In this document: one piece after another, positions 24,901-36,900 of the stretch | Position numbering within the stretch: position 1 is the stretch's first letter | Layout: every line of letters begins with the position of its first letter | The notes under the pieces: generated by a model | What the model was told of the DNA's origin: nothing | Seen by the model: only the letters and a program-made list of their open reading frames with translations | The model's database searches: none | Assembly (NCBI GenBank): GCA_950097015.1 | Contig: CATNEN010000005.1 | Coordinates: 4,340,001 to 4,404,000, forward strand | DNA from: Macrostomum hystrix | Taxonomy: Eukaryota > Animalia > Platyhelminthes | Length of the DNA: 64,000 nucleotides | Direction: 5' to 3' | Position numbers and translations under genes: made by a program

Positions 24901-27900
24901 CCAATAAATTGATTGGCTACTAAAGCTTAAGTTTTATTGACGAAAAAGGCATCCTTTGTTTAAAAATACCATAAATAACAATTGGCTTTATGAAATGTAT
25001 GCTAGTTAAGCTGAAATTCGATCACAATATATGCACTTTAACTTTATTTTAAGTATCAAACAAAATCATGCGTTGCATGGACTTTAAATGCTGTGTATAG
25101 CTAGGTAGCAAAATACTCGTATGTACTTAAAATATCTCGCAGAAATTTCTTAGTTTTGATAAATATTACGCTCGTAAAATCCCAAATTAATAGAATTTGT
25201 TCTGTCTGAACATTCTACATTCTAACATTCCATTAAACATTCTAAGAATGTTTAAACATTCATCGATTTCTATATCCTTAAATCCCCAGATTTCTAGATC
25301 CTAGATAATCCCTAGATTTATAGATCCTAGCTAATCCCCAGACTTATAGATCCTATAATTCCCAGATTTCAAGATCCTATAATCCCCAGATTTCAAGATC
25401 CTATAATCCCCAGATTTCTAGATCCTAGATAATCCCTAGATTTCTAGATCCTAGATAATCCCCAGATTCCTAGATCCTAGATAATCCCCAGATTTCTAGA
25501 TCCTAGATAATCCCTAGATTTCTAGATCCTAAAATCCCCAGATTTCAAGATCCTATAATCCCCAGATTTCTAGATCCTATAATCCCCAGATTTCTAGATC
25601 CTAGATAATCCCCAGATTTATAGATCCTATAATCTTCATATTTCTAGATCCTAGATAATCCCCAGATTTCTAGATCCTAGATAATCCCCAGATTTATAGA
25701 TCCTATAATCCCCAGATTTCTAGATCCTAGATAATCCCCATATTTCTAGATCCTAGATAATCCCCAGATTTATAGATCCTATAATCCCCAGATTTCTAGA
25801 TCCTAGATAATCCCCAGATTTCTAGATCCTAGATAATCCCCAGATTTATAGATCCTAAAATCCCCAGATTTCTAGATCCTAGATAATCCCCAGATTTCTA
25901 GATCCTAGATAATCCTCAGATTTCTAGATCCTAAAATCCCCAGATTTCTAGATCCTAGATAATTCTCAGATTTCTAGATCCTAAAATCCCCAGATTTCTA
26001 GATCCTAGATAATCCTCAGATTTCTAGATCCTAAAATCCCCAGATTTCTAGATCCTAGCTAATCCCCAGATTTATAGATCCTAAAATCCCCAGATTTCTA
26101 GATCCTAGATAATCCCCAGATTTCTAGATCCTAGATAATCCCCAGATTTCTAGATCCTATAATCCCCAGATTTCTAGATCCTATAATCCCCAGATTTCTA
26201 GATCCTAGCTAATCCCCAGATTTATAGATCCTATAGTCCCCAGATTTCAAGATCCTATAGTCCCCAGATTTCTAGATCCTATAATCCCCAGATTTCTAGA
26301 TCCTAGATAATCCCCAGATTTATAGATCCTATAATCCCCAGATTTCTAGATCCTAGATAATCCCCAGATTTCTAGATCCTATAATCCCCAGATTTCTAGA
26401 TCCTAGCTAATCCCCAGATTTATAGATCCTAAAATCCCCATATTTCTAGATCCTAGATAATCCCCAGATTTATAGATCCTAAAATCCCCAGATTTCTAGA
26501 TCCTAGATAATCCCCAGATTTCTAGATCCTAGATAATCCCCAGATTTATAGATCCTAAAATCCCCAGATTTCTAGATCCTAGATAACCCCCAGATTTCTA
26601 GATCCTAGATAATCCTCAGATTTCTAGATCCTAAAATCCCCAGATTTCTAGATCCTAGATAATTCTCAGATTTCTAGATCCTAAAATCCCCAGATTTCTA
26701 GATCCTAGATAATTCTCAGATTTCTAGATCCTAAAATCCCCAGATTTCTAGATCCTAGCTAATCCCCAGATTTATAGATCCTAAAATCCCCAGATTTCTA
26801 GATCCTAGATAATCTCCAGATTTCTAGATCCTAGATAATCCCCAGATTTCTAGATCCTATAATCCCCAGATTTCTAGATCCTAGAGAATCCCTAGATTTC
26901 TAGATCCTAAAATCCCCAAATTTCAAGATCCTAGATAATCCCCAGATTTCTAGATCCTAAAATCCCCAGATTTCTAGATCCTAGATAATTCCCAGATTTC
27001 TAGATCCTAAAATCCCCAGATTTCTAGATCCTAGAGAATCCCTAGATTTCTAGATCCTAAAATGCCCAGATTTCTAGATCCTATAGTCCCCAGATTTCTA
27101 GATCCTATAATCCCCAGATTTCTAGATCCTAGATAATCCCCAGATTTATAGATCCTATAATCCCCAGATTTCTAGATCCTAGATAATCCCCAGATTTCTA
27201 GATCCTAGATAATCCCCAGATTTATAGACCCTAAAATCCCCAGATTTCTAGATCCTAGATAATCCCCAGATTTCTATATTAGGAGCTTCAAAGAGTTTTT
27301 TAGTTTGTCGGCCCTTAATCTAGATTGCGATGCAGCAACCGTAATTCCAAATCGTGAACTCCGCTAATCTCTCTCTCCAGGTGGCGTAATCCTATCTGAG
27401 CACACAGGTCCAGTGCCGGAGTTCTTTCTGGAGCCGCCGGCGGAATTCTTGGCCACAGTCGGTGGACCAGCCGCAGCCAATCAGCTGGTTTGCCGATTGA
27501 AAAGTGGCGCCAACTCAGACGGCATTAAACTCCACTGGCTGTTTGAAGAGTTCAGCTTCAATTCGTCCAGCGATCAAATTGTCGTGACTGCGAACCACTC
27601 GATTGTCGCCGGTTCCAAAGCGCCGTTTGTCGACCTCGGCGACGGTCGCTTGGAGGTTGACCGCAGCGTCGGAGAAGACAGATTCCAGCTGCCCGATGTT
27701 GGCGTCAGGTCGAGTCTGCCCTCTCGCTACAGAGTGTACTGCATGGCTAGGGACGAACGAACTGGCTTTGTCACTCTGTCTAGGAAGACCATTGTTAGGA
27801 AAGGTGAGTGGCGAGATTAACTACCTACTTAATGTACTTTAGGGCGGATCTGGCTGGATTTTAAGTAGGAATTCTTGTGGGATTGCAAATAGATCCTATG

Positions 27901-30900
27901 GGATCTCAAATCAGAATCTTTTAGGACCTTATGTTTTAGGATCCTGAAGGATTTCAAATGAGGATTCTGAGGGGATTTTAACTGAGGATCCTGAAGGATT
28001 TCAAATGAGGATTCTAAAGGGGATTTGAAATGAGGATTCTGAATGGATTTAGAATGAGGATTCTGAAAGGATTTAAAATGAGGATTCTGAACGATTTCAA
28101 CTGAGGATTCTGAAGGGATTTCAAATGAGGATTCTGAAGTGATTTCAAATGAGGATTCTGAAGTAGGGATCATATGGGATTTCACATGCAATCCAATTCT
28201 GCTCGTGAATTTCCCGCTGGACTGTAACTCACGTAAATCAAATGCGCAGTCGCATTTGCCTACAGCTGCTATAGCTTACTCAGCTCCCATGTATTTCGAA
28301 TAGCCGAGTTTCGAATATTTTGAGTAACCGAATAGCATGGACTATGGCAATAAATTCAGCCATAAAAAACCCAGATATTAATTTCTAAATGTACAGTCTT
28401 CTTATACAGTATTTACAGTTGATATGCAGACTGTAATAAAATTATATGCGCAGTCGCATATAAGATTGGACTGAAACCAAAGGTTTCCAATGCGATTTGC
28501 GCCACAGATGCTTACTGTAGTTAATCCTGTGGGAAATTTCTTAGAAATCTTTTTCTTTTTTTAAGGATTCGAGCGTAGACTTCCAAGATCCTCAACTCAA
28601 ATCTGACGAAAAATCCCAATCAGGGGTCTAACGCGTTTGCCTCTCGCGCCAAGGTCCCTGAGTTCGATTCCGCGGCGAGGCCACATTTATTTGGGGCGCA
28701 GCCGCGGAGAGAAGGCTTGGGGGGCTTGTCGTGCAATTTTACGCCATTGATCGCCAACCTCCAAGGCACAGTGAGAGTGTACACTGCCTGACGATGAGAA
28801 AGCCAGGGCAGATGTACACCCCTGTGTGACCGTGTGCTCAGGAGTCAGCGGAACGGGCAGAATCAAATCTACTTGATCAGATTTTAAAATTTATTTTTCA
28901 CTTTTGGCCTGAAATTTACTACCCATTTTTCTACGCCTTAATATCCCATTTCTAAATGATATTCAGCACAATAGTACACAGTTTATCACTGCAACATCGA
29001 ATCCCAGTGGTCCAGAACTGGGCTAGAGGCATTAGTAGAGAATTAGTACAAAATGTAACCTTCCTGTTCGGGCGCCATCCAATATCTGGGGCTAGCGAGC
29101 AATGGGACAGTTTTGAGACTGCACACTACCTTACAGGCAGCTAGTTTCTGGATTCCGCTGATGTAAATGTACACTGCCTGATAAACAGACTCCGTGTACA
29201 CTCTGAGCACTAGCTTTACTATGCTCAAGCGAAAATTTTTTTTTCCTTTTTTCTAGCCTAGAAATCGACAAATATTTTATGTCTAGCTTTTTTCCTCAGT
29301 TGGTCTGACAGGCTTCATTTACCCCCTCGGGTCTTGAGCTTAATGCGCATGTGAAAACCTCTGCGTCCAATTGGCTGCAGAATCTGCGGTTTGAGATATC
29401 TTATCTAGAATAAACACACGCACAATCACGACTGGCCAGTCAGGCTCTACTGAGTGAGTCAGATGTTAGAAAAAATCGTTTGAATGAAAGCATCTTCCAG
29501 TCTAGAAATCGATACAACTAGAAATAGCTGGATAAAATACTTATGAATCTAGAAATCAATGAATCTAGGAATCTATGAATTTAGGAATCTAGGATCTATG
29601 AATTTAGGAATCTAGGAATATAAGGATCAATGAATCTAGGAATCTAGGAATCTAGGAATCTAGGAATCTTCAAATCTAGGAATCTAGGTATCTTAGAATC
29701 TTGGAATCTAGGAATCTTGGAATCTTGGAATCATGGAATCGAGGAATCTTAGAATCTTGGAATCTAGGAATCTTGGAATCTTGGCATCTAGGAATCTTAA
29801 AATCTAGGAATCTAGGAATCTTGGAATCTTGGAATCTAGGAATCTAGGAATCTTGAAATTTAGGAATCTTGGATCTATGAATTTAGGAATCTAGGATCTA
29901 TGAATTTAGGAATCTAGGATCTATGAATTTAGGAATCTAGGAATATAAGGATCAATGAATCTAGGAATCTAGGAATCTAGGAATCAATGAATCTTCAAAT
30001 CTAGGAATCTTGGAATCTTGGAATCTAGGAATCTAGGAATCTTGGAATCTAGGAATCATGGAATCTTCAAATCTAGGAATCTTGGAATCTTCAAATCTAG
30101 GAATCTTGGAATCTTGGAATCTAGGAATCTTGGAATCTTGGCATCTAGGAATCTTAAAATCTAGGAATCTAGGAATCTTGGAATCTTGGCATCTAGGAAT
30201 CTTAAAATCTAGGAATCTAGGAATCTAGGAATCTTGGAATCTTGGAATCTAGGAATCTAGGAATCTAGGAATCTTGGAATCTAGGAATCATGGAATCTTC
30301 AAATCTAGGAATCTTGGAATCTTGGAATCTAGGAATCTTGGAATCTTGGCATCTAGGAATCTTAAAATCTAGGAATCTAGGAATCTTGGAATCTTGGCAT
30401 CTAGGAATCTTAAAATCTAGGAATCTAGGAATCTTGGAATCTTGGAATCTAGGAATCTAGGAATCTTGGAATCTAGGAATCATGGAATCTTCAAATCTAG
30501 GAATCTTGGAATCTTGGAATCTAGGAATCTTGGAATCTTGGCATCTAGGAATCTTAAAATCTAGGAATCTAGGAATCTTGGAATCTTGGCATCTAGGAAT
30601 CTTAAAATCTAGGAATCTAGGAATCTTGGAATCTTGGAATCTAGGAATCTAGGAATCTTGAAATTTAGGAATCTTGGATCTTTGAATTTAGGAATCTAGG
30701 ATCTATGAATTTAGGAATCTAGGATCTATGAATTTAGGAATTTAGGATCTATGAATTTAGGAATCTAGGATCTATGAATTTAGGAATTTAGGATCTATGA
30801 ATTTAGGAATCTAGGATCTATGAATTTAGGAATCTAGGATCTATGAATTTAGGAATCTAGGATCTATGAATTTAGGAATCTAGGATCTATGAATTTAGGA

Positions 30901-33900
30901 ATCTAGGATCTATGAATTTAGGAATTTAGGATCTATGAATTTAGGAATCTAGGATCTATGAATTTAGGAATCTAGGATCTATGAATTTAGGAATCTAGGA
31001 TCTATGAATTTAGGAATCTAGGATCTATGAATTTAGGAATCTAGGATCTATGAATTTAGGAATCTAGGATCTATGAATTTAGGAATCTAGGATCTATGAA
31101 TTTAGGAATCTAGGATCTATGAATTTAGGAATCTAGGAATATAAGGATCAATGAATCTAGGAATCTAGGAATCTAGGAATCAATGAATCTTCAAATCTAG
31201 GAATCTTGGAATCTTGGAATCTAGGAATCTAGGAATCTTGGAATCTAGGAATCATGGAATCTTCAAATCTAGGAATCTTGGAATCTTCAAATCTAGGAAT
31301 CTTGGAATCTTGGAATCTAGGAATCTTGGAATCTTGGCATCTAGGAATCTTAAAATCTAGGAATCTAGGAATCTTGGAATCTTGGCATCTAGGAATCTTA
31401 AAATCTAGGAATCTAGGAATCTAGGAATCTTGGAATCTTGGAATCTAGGAATCTAGGAATCTAGGAATCTTGGAATCTAGGAATCATGGAATCTTCAAAT
31501 CTAGGAATCTTGGAATCTTGGAATCTAGGAATCTTGGAATCTTGGCATCTAGGAATCTTAAAATCTAGGAATCTAGGAATCTTGGAATCTTGGCATCTAG
31601 GAATCTTAAAATCTAGGAATCTAGGAATCTTGGAATCTTGGAATCTAGGAATCTAGGAATCTTGGAATCTAGGAATCATGGAATCTTCAAATCTAGGAAT
31701 CTTGGAATCTTGGAATCTAGGAATCTTGGAATCTTGGCATCTAGGAATCTTAAAATCTAGGAATCTAGGAATCTTGGAATCTTGGCATCTAGGAATCTTA
31801 AAATCTAGGAATCTAGGAATCTTGGAATCTTGGAATCTAGGAATCTAGGAATCTTGAAATTTAGGAATCTTGGATCTTTGAATTTAGGAATCTAGGATCT
31901 ATGAATTTAGGAATCTAGGATCTATGAATTTAGGAATTTAGGATCTATGAATTTAGGAATCTAGGATCTATGAATTTAGGAATTTAGGATCTATGAATTT
32001 AGGAATCTAGGATCTATGAATTTAGGAATCTAGGATCTATGAATTTAGGAATCTAGGATCTATGAATTTAGGAATCTAGGATCTATGAATTTAGGAATCT
32101 AGGATCTATGAATTTAGGAATTTAGGATCTATGAATTTAGGAATCTAGGATCTATGAATTTAGGAATCTAGGATCTATGAATTTAGGAATCTAGGATCTA
32201 TGAATTTAGGAATCTAGGATCTATGAATTTAGGAATCTAGGATCTATGAATTTAGGAATCTAGGATCTATGAATTTAGGAATCTAGGATCTATGAATTTA
32301 GGAATCTAGGATCTATGAATTTAGGAATTTAGGATCTATGAATTTAGGAATCTAGGATCTATGAATTTAGGAATCTAGGATCTATGAATTTAGGAATCTA
32401 GGATCTATGAATTTTAGGAATCTAGGAATATAAGGATCAATGAATCTAGGAATCTAGGAATCTAGGAATCTAGGAATCTTCAAATCTAGGAATCTAGGTA
32501 TCTTAGAATCTTGGAATCTAGGAATCTTGGAATCTTGGAATCATGGAATCGAGGAATCTTAGAATCTTGGAATCTAGGAATCTTGGAATCTTGGCATCTA
32601 GGAATCTTAAAATCTAGGAATCTAGGAATCTTGGAATCTTGGAATCTAGGAATCTAGGAATCTTGAAATTTAGGAATCTTGGATCTATGAATTTAGGAAT
32701 CTAGGATCTATGAATTTAGGAATCTAGGATCTATGAATTTAGGAATCTAGGAATATAAGGATCAATGAATCTAGGAATCTAGGAATCTAGGAATCAATGA
32801 ATCTTCAAATCTAGGAATCTTGGAATCTTGGAATCTAGGAATCTAGGAATCTTGGAATCTAGGAATCATGGAATCTTCAAATCTAGGAATCTTGGAATCT
32901 TGGAATCTAGGAATCTTGGAATCTTGGCATCTAGGAATCTTAAAATCTAGGAATCTAGGAATCTTGGAATCTTGGCATCTAGGAATCTTAAAATCTAGGA
33001 ATCTAGGAATCTAGGAATCTTGGAATCTTGGAATCTAGGAATCTAGGAATCTAGGAATCTTGGAATCTAGGAATCATGGAATCTTCAAATCTAGGAATCT
33101 TGGAATCTTGGAATCTAGGAATCTTGGAATCTTGGCATCTAGGAATCTTAAAATCTAGGAATCTAGGAATCTTGGAATCTTGGCATCTAGGAATCTTAAA
33201 ATCTAGGAATCTAGGAATCTTGGAATCTTGGAATCTAGGAATCTAGGAATCTTGGAATCTAGGAATCATGGAATCTTCAAATCTAGGAATCTTGGAATCT
33301 TGGAATCTAGGAATCTTGGAATCTTGGCATCTAGGAATCTTAAAATCTAGGAATCTAGGAATCTTGGAATCTTGGCATCTAGGAATCTTAAAATCTAGGA
33401 ATCTAGGAATCTTGGAATCTTGGAATCTAGGAATCTAGGAATCTTGAAATTTAGGAATCTTGGATCTATGAATTTAGGAATCTAGGATCTATGAATTTAG
33501 GAATCTAGGATCTATGAATTTAGGAATTTAGGATCTATGAATTTAGGAATCTAGGATCTATGAATTTAGGAATTTAGGATCTATGAATTTAGGAATCTAG
33601 GATCTATGAATTTAGGAATCTAGGATCTATGAATTTAGGAATCTAGGATCTATGAATTTAGGAATCTAGGATCTATGAATATAGGAATCTAGGATCTATG
33701 AATTTAGGAATTTAGGATCTATGAATTTAGGAATCTAGGATCTATGAATTTAGGAATCTAGGATCTATGAATTTAGGAATCTAGGATCTATGAATTTAGG
33801 AATCTAGGATCTATGAATTTAGGAATCTAGGATCTATGAATTTAGGAATCTAGGATCTATGAATTTAGGAATCTAGGATCTATGAATTTAGGAATCTAGG

Positions 33901-36900
33901 ATCTATGAATTTAGGAATTTAGGATCTATGAATTTAGGAATCTAGGATCTATGAATTTAGGAATCTAGGATCTATGAATTTAGGAATCTAGGATCTATGA
34001 ATTTTAGGAATCTAGGAATATAAGGATCAATGAATCTAGGAATCTAGGAATCTAGGAATCTAGGAATCTAGGAATCTTGGAATCTAGGTATCTTGACACC
34101 TAGGAATCTAGGATCTATGAATTTAGGAATCTAAGAATATAGGGATCAACGAATCTATAAATCTACGAATCTACGAATCAATGAATCTAGGAATCTAGGG
34201 ATCAATTTAATCTTACAATCTATATATTTACAAATTCACGAATTAAGAAATCGAAGGATTTAAGTGTAAAAATGTTATAAGAAAAAAATCTAGTGAATGT
34301 CAAAGTTAACTTGATATTACCCTGCATTGATTCCTTGATTTCTATATCCCGCCACATCTGGTTGGGTTGTCATTAAAGCATTCAGAAATATTTTGAATAA
34401 TTGGCAATTTTAAATCTCTTGGGACGCAGTTAGAGGCAATAAAACCTGGACTTGAACCGTTCAAATAGTAGGCCAAACAGAATAGCCATATGGGGAACTC
34501 TATAAACTTGAAGACGAGTTGACAATTTTTTTTCAGAAAATTTGGAAGAATTTAACCTTTTTACTGCTAATTTGAAAAAAACATGTATTTTCGTCGATTT
34601 ATAACGTCAGTGAGATGTGATAAAAAGATAAGAGATAAAAAGGATGAATATTTTATTACCTACTAAAGCTTTTTGATTGATGATAAATGTGTCAAAGAAA
34701 AAAATTGGAAAAAAATTGATGGGAGCGGAGTAATAAGAGAGTAAAGAGCAGGTAGAATGGGGAAAGAGATGGAGACGGGGTAGAGGACTGGAGGGAGGGT
34801 AGAGATAAGGGAGAGAGGGTAGAGAGGAGGGAGAGAGGGTAGAGAGAAGGGAGAGAGGGTAAAGAGGAGGGAGAGAGGGTAGAGAGGATGGAGAGAGGGT
34901 AGAGAGGGTAGAGAGGAGGGAGAGAGGGTAGAGAGAAGGGAGAGAGGGTAGGGAGAAGGGAGAAGTGGTAGAGAGGAGGGAGAGAGGGTAGAGAGAAGGG
35001 AGACACGGTAGAGAGGAGGGAGAGAGGGTAGAGAGGAGGGAGAGAGGGTAGAGAGAAGGGAGACACGGTAGAGAGGAGGGAGAGAGGGTAGAGAGGAGGG
35101 AGAGAGGGTAGAGAGAAGGGAGACACGGTAGAGAGGAGGGAGAGAGGGTAGAGAGAAGGGAGAGAAATGGATACCATAGACATATAGAGAGGGGGGAGAG
35201 AGGGTAGAGAGAAGGGAGAGAGGGTAGGGAGAAGGGGAGAGGGAAGGGAGAAGGGTAGAGAGAAGGGAGAGAGGGTAGACACGAGGGAGACAGGGTAGAC
35301 AGGAGGGAGTCAGAATATATTGGAGGCAGGCAGGGTCGAGACAAAGCAGTGAGACATTCCTTACAGATTCATTGAGCTGCTCAAACAGTCAAATATAATG
35401 TATTAGCTACCTTTGAGACTGGCTTAGCTTAGATTGGGGACCCATTGCTCTGTATAATTAGCTAGATAGAAGCTACGCTGTACGAATAAATAATATTATA
35501 GGGCCTGTGGGGAAAGGTTTGACTTTTGGCGGAAGAGGCTCATGCAGCTGCAGCTAGGCCGTGTCGGCCCCATTGCCCAATATAAAATAATAAAACCTAG
35601 AGACGATTTATGACCCTTGTGACAGGGGTGACGCATGCGCTCTCTCAGTCGCTAATTCCGCGTTATAGAGCATCAGCTTTTGGCAGGCAGTTTTGCTTTA
35701 TGGTCTTTAGGACGATAGACGGAAATGGATACCATATCACTGCAGGACCATAGACAGAAATGGATACCATATCACTGTATGACCATAGACAGAAATGGAT
35801 CTAGCATATCACTGTAGGACCATAGACAGAAATGGATATCATATCACTGTAGGACCATAGACGGAAATGGATACCATATCACTGTAGGACCATAGACAGA
35901 AATGGATACCATATCACTGTAGGACCATAGACAGAAATGGATATCATATCACTGTAGGACCATAGACAGAAATGGATATCATATCACTGTAGGACCATAG
36001 ACAGAAATGGATCTAGCATATCACTGTAGGACCATAGACAGAAATGGATATCATATCACTGTAGGACCATAGACAGAAATGGATATCATATCACTGCAGG
36101 ACCATAGACAGAAATGGATATCATATCACTGTAGGACCATAGACAGAAATGGATACCATATCACTGCAGGACCATGGACAGAAATGGATAGCATATCACT
36201 GTAGGACCATAGACAGAAATGGATACCATATCACTGCAGGACCATGGACAGAAATGGATAGCATCACTGCAGGACCATGGACAGAAATGGATATCATATC
36301 ACTGTAGGACCATAGAAAGAAATTGATATCATATCACTGTAGGACCATAGACAGAAATGGATACCATATCACTGTAGGACCATAGACAGAAATGGATATC
36401 ATATCACTGTAGGACCATAGACAGAAATGGATACCATATCACTGTAGGACCATAGACAGAAATGGTTATCATATCACTGTAGGACCATAGACAGAAATGG
36501 ATACCATATCACTGTAGGACCATAGACAGAAAGTGATAGCATATCACTGCAGGACCATGGACAGAACTAGGTATTGTAGTTCTGTAGTGATTATAGAAAT
36601 TACTGTTTCTGAAATGACCACACGGATGTACCAAATTAGTCATAGCTGTGCATAGTCATAGCAAGAGAATCCGACATCTGCTAAAATTCAGACACAATTG
36701 CTAGTCATGAAGCAATAGTACATGGGGTGGGTAAGTTCTACATGGTCAGTGTTAGTCAGCATTTTGCATCGGTAATGTATTTTAGGCTAAGAAAACTGCA
36801 CTGTTGTTAAGTTCATGGATTTCTAAGATCGCATTTAGCTAGTCGTGATACTTATGGTACAGCACGCCTTTGTGTAGCTATAAGGGGTTACTAGGCGCAC

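Noticed and set aside
28956-29144. 62-aa ORF in intron 2 as an alternative Ig exon
   Set aside because: No Cys/Trp Ig pattern and no compatible splice sites.
35710-36560. 35-bp repeat array resembling CRISPR
   Set aside because: Units are directly head-to-tail with no unique spacers, no cas genes are present, and the context is a eukaryotic intron.
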